The notes under the pieces: generated by a model
Database searches by the model: none
Told to the model about the DNA's origin: nothing
What the model saw: only the letters and a program-made list of their open reading frames with translations
Assembly (NCBI GenBank): GCA_041572575.1
Contig: JBFFSH010000001.1
Location: forward strand, 1 to 64,000
From: Thermodesulfobacteriota bacterium
GTDB taxonomy: Bacteria > Desulfobacterota_D > UBA1144 > Nemesobacterales > N074bin48
Reading direction: 5' to 3'
DNA length: 64,000 nucleotides
Program-made: the position numbers and the translations under genes
Part shown: positions 50,792 through 60,549 of the stretch, piece by piece
How the letters are laid out: each line of letters opens with the position of its first letter
Position numbering within the stretch: position 1 is the first letter of the stretch

Positions 50792-51238
50792 TTATTCCAA
50801 GTCCTCTAGTGTTTGTGCATCAAGAACATCTCTATCTCTTCCAGTCGATCTTTTATTCTTAATCAGATCACTCTTTGAAATAAAAGGAAGCAGTAATCCA
50901 TCCAGAACTAAGTCGTGCTTACTCTTGTATGCGTCCTTAAAACTAACACCATCAATATCAGTTAAAACATCAATTCTCACAGGAGCAACACCTATCTGAT
51001 ATACAATATCTTTATTTGAAAAAGTCTCAGGTGTTATATCCTTAAGAGGGGCTCCAAAATCAGATAAAACCTTGTATAGCTTAACTGAATTTTCTGAAGA
51101 GTTCTCCACCCATATATCAAAATCACCAGTTGACCTTGTGTAACCATATGCGGCCATCGCATATGCACCCACAATAAGGAACTTAACCCGACTTTCTAAT
51201 AAGCTTTTCAACATCTCTTTGTAATCTTTGTTCAACAT
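50792..51238 (-). CDS. Nucleotidyltransferase (DUF6036-like, pol-beta superfamily)
   Basis: VGAYAM..YGY.R.TGDFDIW and C-terminal NK..TGR.RD..D. Confidence 0.8.
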   Translation of the reverse strand: MLNKDYKEMLKSLLESRVKFLIVGAYAMAAYGYTRSTGDFDIWVENSSENSVKLYKVLSDFGAPLKDITPETFSNKDIVYQIGVAPVRIDVLTDIDGVSFKDAYKSKHDLVLDGLLLPFISKSDLIKNKRSTGRDRDVLDAQTLEDLE

Positions 51239-51377
51239 TTTTCCTGTCTTTGAAATACCATACCTCTCTTGTTAGTTCCCACACCATTGATATTCTTTCT
51301 TGCGGAGACGCATCTACAAACCCACTATCATTATCTTTAAGTCGCTTGATAGCCTCAATATTTTTCTTTAGCCGCAT
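51183..51377 (-). CDS. Small hypothetical protein, putative partner of nucleotidyltransferase
   Basis: 64 aa, SPQERISMVWEL; overlaps the NTase by 56 nt; TG-N-TATAAT immediately upstream. Confidence 0.6.
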   Translation of the reverse strand: MRLKKNIEAIKRLKDNDSGFVDASPQERISMVWELTREVWYFKDRKNVEQRLQRDVEKLIRKSG

Positions 51378-51395
51378 TATATTATTATATCACAG

Positions 51396-52052
51396 TCAGA
51401 ACAATTTTTTCACCCCAACCTTCCTACACATATCCTCCATTTTACAGATATCACATTTTGGCCCGATAGGCTTGCATAGGTTTTGTCCATAGGCTACAAG
51501 TAGTGAGTTTATATCAATCCAATATCTCTTTGGAAGTTTTTCTCTGAGTGCAAACTCACTCTCATCAGGGGTTTTTGTTTTTATGTACCCCAGGCGGTTA
51601 AATATTCTGTGTACATGAGTATCCACGCATATTCCAGGTTTATTGTATCCTAGCGTAATTACCAGGTTTGCAGTCTTGCGCCCCACTCCTTTAAGTTTTA
51701 AAAGCTCATCAAGATCATCCGGGACCCTGGATTCATATTTATCTATTAATTCTTTGCACACTTCTTTTATTGTTTTTGCCTTTACTCTGTAAAACCCTGC
51801 CGGATAAATTGCTTTTTCGATCTGCGGGATTTTGAGCTTGAGCATGTCCTTAGAATTGGATGCAAGTTTTAATAGTCTTACAGAAGCCTCTTCTGTTGTT
51901 TTGTCCTTTGTGCGAAGACTAATAATGGTTGAGATAAGGACATTAAACGCCTTTTTTGATTTATCAGCTTCAACACTTACAAAAGGAGTCTTAAATCTTT
52001 TATACTCCTTTTTCAGGACTTTAACTACTTCATTAATATTTATATCTTCCAT
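51396..52052 (-). CDS. nth: Endonuclease III
   Basis: HhH L.GVGRKTANL, VDTHVHRI, C..C..C..C Fe-S cluster; start moved to ATG 52052. Confidence 0.92.
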   Translation of the reverse strand: MEDININEVVKVLKKEYKRFKTPFVSVEADKSKKAFNVLISTIISLRTKDKTTEEASVRLLKLASNSKDMLKLKIPQIEKAIYPAGFYRVKAKTIKEVCKELIDKYESRVPDDLDELLKLKGVGRKTANLVITLGYNKPGICVDTHVHRIFNRLGYIKTKTPDESEFALREKLPKRYWIDINSLLVAYGQNLCKPIGPKCDICKMEDMCRKVGVKKLF

Positions 52053-52113
52053 TACCAACCCAGATTTGTTATTGTGTATTTTTATAAGATTATAAGTAAT
52101 TATTAACACAGTT

Positions 52114-53331
52114 ATGGAATATCCAAAGCTAAGATTTGTAGATACTTTTCCAATTGAGCATGAAGGGGGCAAATATGTTTGCCTTAGAGACCCTCAGGAC
52201 ACAAATGGCAATATGCTCCTTGTAGCCCCTCAGGCAATCTATGTTATTTCTTATTTCACAGGCAGTAACTCCATAGTGGACATTCAGCTAAAGATTCTAA
52301 AAGAGCACGGAGAATTAATTGAAAAAGACCATATCATACAGCTTGCTAAGCAGTTAGACGATGCGCTTCTTCTAGACAGTGACAAATATAGAGACCACCA
52401 GCTGCAGCTTGAAAATGACTTTAAAAAATCAAAGATTAGAGAAGCAAGTCATGCGGGTATGTCATATCCGAATGAAAAAGAAGAATTAACCAAATGGATC
52501 GACGGCTATTTTGATAATGGGTCAACCCCATCAAAAAATGGCAAAAATGCAGTAGGAATAATTTCACCCCATATAGATTTTAACCGAGGCGGCAGTTCCT
52601 ATGCAAAGGCATATAAGGAGTTATTGGACAATGAGAAGTGTGAGACATTTATTATTTTTGGTACTTCCCATTACGCATCTGTAGATAACCCTTTTATCCT
52701 TACAAGGAAAAGCTTTAATACTCCTTTTGGTGAGGTTAAAGTGGATCTGGATTTGGTTAACAGCATTGATGATCATTGTGACTGGGATCTATATGAGGGC
52801 GAGATATTCCATAAATCAGAACATTCAATAGAATTTCAGGTGGTATTCCTGCAATATCTTTTTGGCAGCAAAAGGGATATCAAAATCCTGCCTATTCTAT
52901 GCAACTCTTTTTATAGGTTCATTCAGGATGGAAGCTCTCCTGGAGATGACTACAAAACAGCCTCTTTTCTGGGTAGCATAAAAAATATAGTTAATAAGCT
53001 TGGAGATAAGGCAGTAGTCATAGCCGGAGCCGACCTGGCACATATGGGAAACAAGTTTGGTGATGCTGAAGCTGTAAACGATAAGATACTCGAGTGGATA
53101 AAATCAAGGGATTACTTAAGTATACTGCACACTGAAAATCTGGATGCTGAAGCGTTTTACAGATCAGTTGAGCAAGAAAAAGACAAAAGGAAAATTTGCG
53201 GGCTTTCCCCGATATATTCATTGCTCTCGGTTATTAATGCAAAAGAAGGCAAGATGCTGGATTATGGTCAGGCGCTAGAGCCGGACACAGGCTCGGTGGT
53301 TACCTATACCAGCATGGGGTTTTACTCATAA
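52114..53331 (+). CDS. MEMO1-family / AmmeMemoRadiSam system protein B with N-terminal extension
   Basis: HAG.SYP, SPHID, GTSH, EHSIEFQ..FLQ, ADLAH.G.KFGD, ICG..PIY. Confidence 0.85.
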   Translation: MEYPKLRFVDTFPIEHEGGKYVCLRDPQDTNGNMLLVAPQAIYVISYFTGSNSIVDIQLKILKEHGELIEKDHIIQLAKQLDDALLLDSDKYRDHQLQLENDFKKSKIREASHAGMSYPNEKEELTKWIDGYFDNGSTPSKNGKNAVGIISPHIDFNRGGSSYAKAYKELLDNEKCETFIIFGTSHYASVDNPFILTRKSFNTPFGEVKVDLDLVNSIDDHCDWDLYEGEIFHKSEHSIEFQVVFLQYLFGSKRDIKILPILCNSFYRFIQDGSSPGDDYKTASFLGSIKNIVNKLGDKAVVIAGADLAHMGNKFGDAEAVNDKILEWIKSRDYLSILHTENLDAEAFYRSVEQEKDKRKICGLSPIYSLLSVINAKEGKMLDYGQALEPDTGSVVTYTSMGFYS

Positions 53332-53332
53332 C

Positions 53333-54286
53333 ATGGCAAACAAGTTTCCAATTTTTGATGCGCACGAAGATATTGCTTTTCACCTAAGCTACTTCAAAAG
53401 GGATTTTGTAGAGCCAAAAACCCCCTGCATGATTACTCTTCCGGGTCTTAAAAAAGGAAATATCAAATTTGTGTTAAACACCATATTTGTTCATCCAAAG
53501 CTAAGGCCTGAGAAAACGACCGAAAATGCAAATTTGCAGTTTCAGGTATATGAAAACATTTACAGGGATTTCGACTCTGAAATTATAAAAGTACAAAGCA
53601 AACAGGATATTGATACAGCCATATCTCAGGACAAGATTGGCTTTATAACACTAATGGAAGGTGCTGACCCTTTGCAAAAACCTCAGGACCTTTATGAATA
53701 TTATGATAAGGGCTTAAGAGTAGTAGGACCTTCATGGAATAATGCCAACCTGTTTGCATCCGGCCCGGCGACAGAGGATGGCCTCACAGAACAGGGTTAT
53801 GAGCTTATAAATATAATGAATGAACTAAATATAACCCTTGATCTGTCACACCTTAATCAGGAGTGTTTTTGGAACAGTCTGGAAAATTACAAGCACATCC
53901 CAATTGCCTCCCATTCCAATGCAAGAGCTCTAACAGATCATCCAAGAAACCTTTACGATGAGCAATTAAAAGAAATTTCAGAAAGAGGCGGGGTGATTGG
54001 CATTGTACTTTACAACAGCTTTCTTAAAACTACAGATAATATTCCAACGCTGGAAGATATATATAAACATATAGATCATATTTTAAATATCTGTGGAGAA
54101 GATCATGTAGGTATAGGAAGCGACCTGGACGGAGCAGAGATAAAAGACTTTCCTGAGGATATAAGAGCTATAGAAAATCTGCAAAAAATCCCGGAGTATT
54201 TGTATGAAAAAGGTTATTCTAAAGATCTAGTAAGGAAAATTTCATATGATAATTTCCTAAGAGTTATAAAAAGTAACCTGAGATAA
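53333..54286 (+). CDS. Membrane dipeptidase (M19) family
   Basis: DAHED, EGAD, DLSH, ASHSNA...HPRNL.D, GSDLDG. Confidence 0.92.
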   Translation: MANKFPIFDAHEDIAFHLSYFKRDFVEPKTPCMITLPGLKKGNIKFVLNTIFVHPKLRPEKTTENANLQFQVYENIYRDFDSEIIKVQSKQDIDTAISQDKIGFITLMEGADPLQKPQDLYEYYDKGLRVVGPSWNNANLFASGPATEDGLTEQGYELINIMNELNITLDLSHLNQECFWNSLENYKHIPIASHSNARALTDHPRNLYDEQLKEISERGGVIGIVLYNSFLKTTDNIPTLEDIYKHIDHILNICGEDHVGIGSDLDGAEIKDFPEDIRAIENLQKIPEYLYEKGYSKDLVRKISYDNFLRVIKSNLR

Positions 54287-54318
54287 AAAAAAGCCCGAAG
54301 CATAATCTCCGGGCTTTT
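54285..54318. terminator. Intrinsic terminator, stronger on minus strand
   Basis: Minus strand GCCCGGAG-ATTATG-CTTCGGGC-T8; plus strand has only T4. Confidence 0.75.
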
Positions 54319-54401
54319 GGAGGAGGATGGAAACGTAATAACTATTTTATTAAATTGTCTATACCTATTTAGATAACGATCAATACAAAGAGATTCAAAT
54401 C

Positions 54402-55397
54402 ATGAAAATTAAAGTTGGAATTCTTGGAGCTACTGGATATACAGGGGCTGAGTTAATAAGATTACTTACCGCTCACCCAAATACAGAGATTAAATGGCTA
54501 ACCTCTGAGAGTTTTACAGGACAGAAAATATGTGAAGTTTTTCCGACATTTAGAAACATTGTTGATCTAAAATGCAAATCAGTAAGAGAAATTGAAGAAC
54601 TTAAAAAAGTTGATTTGGTATTTTCCTGCCTTCCAAAAGGTTCGTCCAGCCACTTTTCCAGGTTGTTTTTAGATAAAGGAGCAAAATTTATAGATTTTAG
54701 CTCTGACTTAAGATTTAATAAATCCCCAAAAGGCACAAAAGCTATATATGGCCTGCCCGAACTATTTAGAAATAAGATCAAAAAAACGTATCTTCTTGCT
54801 AACCCCGGCTGCTATGCAACTGCAGCATCTCTGGGTCTTGCTCCACTTATTAACAATAAACTCATAAAAACAGACTCAATAACGATAGATTCCAAGGCAG
54901 GACTTTCAGGCGGCGGCAGAGCGCCTGTTGTTTCCAGACAATTTTCAGAGGCAAATGATGCGATCTCTGTAGACTCTATATCAGATCATAACCAAAAAAC
55001 AGAAATAGAAGAGCTTATAAGAAATAGGTACAAAACTAACTCAAATCTAATATTCTCGACCTATAATGTTAACATAGACCGCGGTATTTTAACCACCATA
55101 TCAGCCAAATTAGATGAGTCTGTTACTAAAGAAAAATTGCATTCTATATATATGGATTTTTATAAAAACGAGAGGTTTATAAGAATAATAGAAAATGAAG
55201 ATGCTGTTAGTACTAAAAACATCAGGTTTACTAATTACTGTGATATTGGTGTAAATATACAGGACAGACATGTAGTATGTGTCACTGCTCTGGACAACCT
55301 TGGCAAAGGAGCCTCCGGGCAGGCTGTACAGAATATGAACCTGATGTTTAATCTTGATGAATCTGCAGGTTTACTAAATTCAGGTTTATTGCCGTAG
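54402..55397 (+). CDS. argC: N-acetyl-gamma-glutamyl-phosphate reductase family (divergent)
   Basis: GATGYTG.EL.RLL..HP, YGLPE, ANPGCY.T, DNLGKGASGQAVQNMN. Confidence 0.8.
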   Translation: MKIKVGILGATGYTGAELIRLLTAHPNTEIKWLTSESFTGQKICEVFPTFRNIVDLKCKSVREIEELKKVDLVFSCLPKGSSSHFSRLFLDKGAKFIDFSSDLRFNKSPKGTKAIYGLPELFRNKIKKTYLLANPGCYATAASLGLAPLINNKLIKTDSITIDSKAGLSGGGRAPVVSRQFSEANDAISVDSISDHNQKTEIEELIRNRYKTNSNLIFSTYNVNIDRGILTTISAKLDESVTKEKLHSIYMDFYKNERFIRIIENEDAVSTKNIRFTNYCDIGVNIQDRHVVCVTALDNLGKGASGQAVQNMNLMFNLDESAGLLNSGLLP

Positions 55398-55403
55398 GAA
55401 TAA

Positions 55404-56873
55404 ATGAATAATTTTTTTGAAATACTTGATAAGTATAAGTCACTACAAAAATCTGCGCTTATCGAAGAATCTAAAAGCATAAGCTACGAGGAATTATTTA
55501 ACCTATGCACAAGCCTCTCATCATTTTTATGTAAAAATCAAATTCATAAAGGTGAGCGGGTTGCCATCTTTATTCCAAATTCCATAGAATTTGCAGTAAG
55601 CTTTTTCTCATGTTTAAACCTGGGTGCAGTTGCTGTTCCTATAAACCCAAAATTTAAAAAATATGAAATTGAGTACTTTATTAATGACTCCGAGCCAAAA
55701 CTAATTATTACATCCGATATACTTAAAACATTATTGCTAACAGTTAATAAAGAACTGAAGAGCAGAACAATCTCTATTAGTGGTAAAAATCCTGATTTTA
55801 ATTTACATGAGCTAATATGTTCTGATCGTATTTTAAACCCTAATTCAACTAGTGAAACGGATAAAGCAGTTTATCTATACTCGACTGGATCTACAGGTAA
55901 TCCAAAAAGAGTTACAAGAACCCATAAAAATCTGATTACTCTTGCTAACAACCACAGTGAAACCGTGGGGTTGGATGAATCGGAAAAAATATTGTTTACC
56001 CTGCCAATTTCTCATACATATGCCCTTGGCAACTTCATTTCTGCAATAAAATCCGGTATGACCTGTTATTTACTTGAAGATTTTAACAGGAAAAAAGTAA
56101 CAGAGATTATTATTAAACAGCAGATAACAATTTATCCTTGCGTTCCCTTTATACTAGATATCCTGGCTGAATCAAATATTGATCCTGACACATTTAAGAG
56201 TCTTAAGCTTGTAATATCCGCAGGCGCTGCGCTTTCTAAAGAGATATTTGATAAGTTTTCCAATAAATTTGCAAAACATCCAAGACAGCTCTACGGATCT
56301 TCAGAAACAGGGGTTATTTCTATAAATCTAAGCAGCAATATAGAAAACACATCCGATTCTGTGGGAAGACCCGTAAAAGGGGTTACAGTTAAAATAGTAA
56401 CCGATGAAGGCAAGGAAGCAGATACCGGAGAATTGGGTGAAATAATTGTAAAGAGTGAAACAATGACTAACGGATATGATAATATGCCTCAGGAAACCAA
56501 AGAGGTTTTTAAAGATGGGTTTTATTATACAGGCGATCTTGGCTATATGGACAATGACGGAATGATCTATATTAAGGGTCGCAAGAAGCTTATGATAAAT
56601 ATAAGCGGTAATAAAGTCGATCCTGTTGAAATTGAAAATATTTTAACTTCACATCCGAAAATACATGAATCCGCTGTAGTAGGAATTACGGATCAAAACA
56701 GCACCGAAATAGTAAAGGCTTTTATTGTTTGTGATGAAAATATTGAAAGGAAAGATATAATCCAATATCTAATGAATCAGGTTTCAGATTATAAAATACC
56801 AAAACTAATAGAATTTGTTCAGTCCATTCCAAAAAGCCCTACTGGAAAAATCCTAAGGAACAAACTCAAATAA
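55404..56873 (+). CDS. AMP-dependent acyl-CoA/acyl-ACP ligase (ANL superfamily)
   Basis: YSTGSTGNPK, YGSSETG, TGDLG, GR.K..I..SG.KV.P.EIE, PKSPTGK. Confidence 0.92.
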   Translation: MNNFFEILDKYKSLQKSALIEESKSISYEELFNLCTSLSSFLCKNQIHKGERVAIFIPNSIEFAVSFFSCLNLGAVAVPINPKFKKYEIEYFINDSEPKLIITSDILKTLLLTVNKELKSRTISISGKNPDFNLHELICSDRILNPNSTSETDKAVYLYSTGSTGNPKRVTRTHKNLITLANNHSETVGLDESEKILFTLPISHTYALGNFISAIKSGMTCYLLEDFNRKKVTEIIIKQQITIYPCVPFILDILAESNIDPDTFKSLKLVISAGAALSKEIFDKFSNKFAKHPRQLYGSSETGVISINLSSNIENTSDSVGRPVKGVTVKIVTDEGKEADTGELGEIIVKSETMTNGYDNMPQETKEVFKDGFYYTGDLGYMDNDGMIYIKGRKKLMINISGNKVDPVEIENILTSHPKIHESAVVGITDQNSTEIVKAFIVCDENIERKDIIQYLMNQVSDYKIPKLIEFVQSIPKSPTGKILRNKLK

Positions 56874-56876
56874 ACA

Positions 56877-57128
56877 ATGAGTGAGCAATTAAAACTAAAT
56901 ATTAAAGAAATAATAATAAACAAATTCAATCTTGGCATTGATGTCGTCGATTTCGATGAACAAAAGCCCTTTATAGAGTATGGAGTAGGAATTGATTCTG
57001 TTGCTAATTTAGAACTTATACTCCAAATTGAAAAGAACCTTAAGATCAATATAGATGAAGCGCAGGTTAATAGTGAAATACTGTTTAATTTTAAAACTCT
57101 TTATAAATTTCTAAGAGATCAGATATGA
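56877..57128 (+). CDS. Acyl carrier protein
   Basis: GIDSV phosphopantetheine site; 83 aa; 3 nt after ligase. Confidence 0.85.
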   Translation: MSEQLKLNIKEIIINKFNLGIDVVDFDEQKPFIEYGVGIDSVANLELILQIEKNLKINIDEAQVNSEILFNFKTLYKFLRDQI

Positions 57129-57131
57129 CAA

Positions 57132-57860
57132 CTATTTAGCATTCTCTTTGGTATTTTTGGTCTCTAGATAACTTGAAAGTGAATCCAGAAACTGTATCCG
57201 TATCATTTCTGTGGCCTTTGCAATAGGTTTAATGACCACGCTGTCATAAACTTCTGAAGCAGTTTCTTCTAATTTGGTATCACCTGCTGTCCTTGCCAGT
57301 CTCAGTACTCCTACAGAGTTATAAAACGTAGATTTGGATATCGCCTTCTTTGCATCATTAATTCTGAATTCTTCTAAAGCTTTTTGCGCCTCGAGAAGAG
57401 AATAAAATCCGACTCCGAAGAACAGGCATAGTATTCTCTTTACCTCTTCAGCAGACATTACCTCCATTACATTTACCAGTGGAGCTTCCACTATTGCTTC
57501 AAGCTGCCTGGTATCACTACCTATAATATTTGCAAGATGCTTTATCTTATCTTCATCTGCATCTTTCAGAAGACCATTTATGGCGTCTTTAACAAATTCA
57601 TGGGCAAAGTTATCTCTTATCTCTTCAAGCGACAGGCCCTCCGATTTAAGAGCTTTAATGTACGCAAGCTTATCCACGGTGTAATCGGGGAAAAACAGGG
57701 TTGTAGTCCTGCCCTTATCGTCCTTCACCTTTCTTCTTTTAGGCTTTGGTATAAGACCTAGTTTTACGCAGGACTTTATAGTCTTTTCAGGATCAGCTCC
57801 AAGATTAACATTTTTAACTTTTGAAAATTCAATCAGATCGGACATAGAAAGATCGGTCAT
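57132..57860 (-). CDS. MerR-like HTH DNA-binding protein
   Basis: TI...V.LGLIPKP.R.....G....FP...V.KL..IK.LK.EGLSLEEI. Confidence 0.6.
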   Translation of the reverse strand: MTDLSMSDLIEFSKVKNVNLGADPEKTIKSCVKLGLIPKPKRRKVKDDKGRTTTLFFPDYTVDKLAYIKALKSEGLSLEEIRDNFAHEFVKDAINGLLKDADEDKIKHLANIIGSDTRQLEAIVEAPLVNVMEVMSAEEVKRILCLFFGVGFYSLLEAQKALEEFRINDAKKAISKSTFYNSVGVLRLARTAGDTKLEETASEVYDSVVIKPIAKATEMIRIQFLDSLSSYLETKNTKENAK

Positions 57861-58013
57861 ATTCCGATATTAAGGTATTTTGTATGTTTTTGTCAATACA
57901 GTAATTTGTTTTTATATTAAATTAGTAAAATAGTTTTAATACTGTATTTTCTTAAAGCAAAATTTGCTAATGATAACGGCAGGTTAAAATTTGAAGGGGT
58001 TTGGCAGCGTTTA

Positions 58014-58625
58014 ATGGACATTTTAAAAGATCATAGAATAGTAGCCGTGATTAGAGCCGAAAATATAGATGAGGCAATGCTTAAGGCAGATGCCTGTATT
58101 TCGGGTGGAATAAAAGCGATAGAAATCACTTTTTCCTTTGATCAGTGCTGCAGGGCAATTAACAAGATAAAAGAAAATAGCGATATTGTTGTAGGAGCGG
58201 GGACAGTGCTTACTGTGGATAATGCTAAGCGCGCAGTAGAACACGGTGCTGATTTTATAGTTTCTCCCCATACCTGTAAAAATATTATAGAATTTACGAA
58301 AAAAGAGAATAAGGTAGTAATATCGGGAGCTTCTACATCAAATGAAATAGTTACTGCTCATAGTATAGGTGCAGATATGGTAAAAATATTTCCTGCCAAT
58401 TTAATTGGCGGCCCAGGATATGTAAAAGCTATCAAGGAACCTCTTCCATTTGCAAAGATATTTGTTACAGGTGGTATAAATCTGCAAAATTGCAGTGATT
58501 ACATAACCTCCGGAGCATCTTTAATAGGAGTTGCAAGCGCATTATTTACTCACAACTCACAAACACCGGGAAAAAAGATAACTGAAAATGCTCAGAAATT
58601 TGTTGAAAAAGTACATAATATTTGA
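58014..58625 (+). CDS. eda: KDPG/KHG aldolase
   Basis: VIR, GGI.AIEIT, VGAGTV, GA.FIVSP, VK.FPA, TGGI. Confidence 0.92.
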   Translation: MDILKDHRIVAVIRAENIDEAMLKADACISGGIKAIEITFSFDQCCRAINKIKENSDIVVGAGTVLTVDNAKRAVEHGADFIVSPHTCKNIIEFTKKENKVVISGASTSNEIVTAHSIGADMVKIFPANLIGGPGYVKAIKEPLPFAKIFVTGGINLQNCSDYITSGASLIGVASALFTHNSQTPGKKITENAQKFVEKVHNI

Positions 58626-58666
58626 TACAAGATAGATAATACTTCTAAAACTAATATACCCAACTC

Positions 58667-60136
58667 ATGAATATTCTTTTTATTACATCGGAGTTCGATC
58701 CACTTACTAATATAGGAGGTCTTGGTGAAGTTACATCGTCACTTTCCAAAGAACTGCAGGGTCTTGGATGCAATGTAAAGATAGTTCTGCCTTATTACAA
58801 AGCAGTAAAATCTAATCTGCAAAATCTAAAAATTAAGCCAAAATCTATTAACAAAACAATTACTACCTGTATTGACTGGCTTGCTGTATCGGCAAAAGTT
58901 AAAGAGGTTGAAGTAAATGGTATCACTTGTTATTTGATTGATAATAAAGATTATTTTGATAGAAACTACATATACAGCGCATATGGATACGAGCTGGGAG
59001 ATGATGACCTCAGATTTGGATTTTTCTCACTTTGTGCACTGCAGCTTGCAAAATCTCTAAATTTTCAGCCAAACATAATCCACTGCCATGACTGGCAGAC
59101 AGCTTTTGTTCCTTTGTTCCTAAAGTACCGCAAACATTTAAAAGATGATCCGTTCTATAAATCATCCAAGGTCTTATTCACAATTCACAACCTTTACTAT
59201 CAGGGGGAGTTCAGAGAGGAGCTACTGGAAACTTTTGGTCTTCCAGACTACTTGTTTACTAACCAAAACATAGAATTAAAAGGCAAGGTCAATCTGCTAA
59301 AAGCAGCAATACTTTTTTCAGATCAGATTACAACTGTTAGTGAAACTTATGCAAAGGAAATAATAAATCCCGAGTTTGGATTTGGACTGGACAGGGTTCT
59401 TAGAAGAGCTTCCCAGGACTCCAATAAAATGCATGGGATCTTAAATGGGATAGATTACAACCTTCACAATCCCAATTATGATAAAGAGATTTATAAGAAT
59501 TATGGTTTGGACTCATTGGAAAATAAACAATACAACAAGACTAAGCTCAAAGAAGAATTTGGTCTTGATACCAGTGAGGATAAACCATTAATTGCCGTTA
59601 TATCCAAGCTTACAGATCAAAGAGGCATACAGTTAATAATTGACTCATTTTCACAGATTATAGACCTGGGATATCAGCTATTTATTCTTGGAGTGGGTGA
59701 TTCAAAATATCATAAAGCGCTCTCACATAAAACAAAGAAATATAAGGGGAATTACTGTCTGATACTAAAGCAGGATGATCATACAGCAGCAAAGATCTAT
59801 GCAGGAGCCGACATGATATTGATGCCTTCGAAGTTTGAACCCTGTGGACTTGGGCAAATGATTGCGCTTAGATATGGAACTATCCCAGTTGTAAGATCCA
59901 CCGGAGGTTTAGTGGATACAGTACGTGATTATAGTGAAAGCAACAAGCCAACAGGTTTTACATTTAAGCAGTTCACAAAGGTAAACCTGCTGGATACCCT
60001 CATAAAGGCAATCACAGTTTATGAGCACAAAAATGAATGGGAAAAGATTATTAAGAACGCCATGAAAGAAGATTATTCATGGAAGGTATCAGCCAAAAAA
60101 TATTTAGATCTTTATGAAAAAACAATAAAGAATTAA
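58667..60136 (+). CDS. glgA: Glycogen synthase (GT5), divergent active-site motifs
   Basis: HCHDWQT, TIHNL.YQG, TTVS.TYA.EI, GILNGID, PS.FEPCGL.Q..A.RYGT. Confidence 0.85.
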   Translation: MNILFITSEFDPLTNIGGLGEVTSSLSKELQGLGCNVKIVLPYYKAVKSNLQNLKIKPKSINKTITTCIDWLAVSAKVKEVEVNGITCYLIDNKDYFDRNYIYSAYGYELGDDDLRFGFFSLCALQLAKSLNFQPNIIHCHDWQTAFVPLFLKYRKHLKDDPFYKSSKVLFTIHNLYYQGEFREELLETFGLPDYLFTNQNIELKGKVNLLKAAILFSDQITTVSETYAKEIINPEFGFGLDRVLRRASQDSNKMHGILNGIDYNLHNPNYDKEIYKNYGLDSLENKQYNKTKLKEEFGLDTSEDKPLIAVISKLTDQRGIQLIIDSFSQIIDLGYQLFILGVGDSKYHKALSHKTKKYKGNYCLILKQDDHTAAKIYAGADMILMPSKFEPCGLGQMIALRYGTIPVVRSTGGLVDTVRDYSESNKPTGFTFKQFTKVNLLDTLIKAITVYEHKNEWEKIIKNAMKEDYSWKVSAKKYLDLYEKTIKN

Positions 60137-60152
60137 ATTCTATGATTCTAAA

Positions 60153-60455
60153 TCAGATTTCATAATCTACTACTACTCTTTCATCCCTTATCTCATTTAC
60201 AAAATCAACCACTTTTACATGCTCCGGGTGCTTTTGATAGGTCTGCAGATCCTCTCTTGAGTCAAATACCGAATACAATGCAACATCATATGCCGCAGCC
60301 GATCCGTTAAAATCCATACCTACTTCAATTTCTTTTATAACATCTATTTTATCTTTCAGGTCTTCCAATACAGATTTAAGCTCCTTAGCATTTTCTTCTT
60401 TACTAACTCCACGAGCACTATCTTTAAGTTTCCACATTACTATATGTTTAATCAT
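60153..60455 (-). CDS. Dabb-family stress-responsive A/B barrel protein
   Basis: MIKHIVMWKLK, YD..LYS.F...EDL..YQ.HPEH, VVDY. Confidence 0.9.
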   Translation of the reverse strand: MIKHIVMWKLKDSARGVSKEENAKELKSVLEDLKDKIDVIKEIEVGMDFNGSAAAYDVALYSVFDSREDLQTYQKHPEHVKVVDFVNEIRDERVVVDYEI

Positions 60456-60549
60456 TTAAGCCTCCATCGGTTTTTAAGTATTCAAAAGTTAACTGAATAT
60501 TAATAATTATCTAATTCCTTACTGATTTTGAAACACCACATATTTAAAT

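Noticed and set aside
52053..52172. N-terminal extension of nth in the ORF track
   Set aside because: Overlaps the divergent MEMO gene; ATG at 52052 gives normal Nth length
54319..54339. GGAGGAGG-ATG-GAA-ACG-TAA mini-ORF on plus strand
   Set aside because: SD abuts the ATG with no spacer; better explained as the complement of a C-rich sRNA seed
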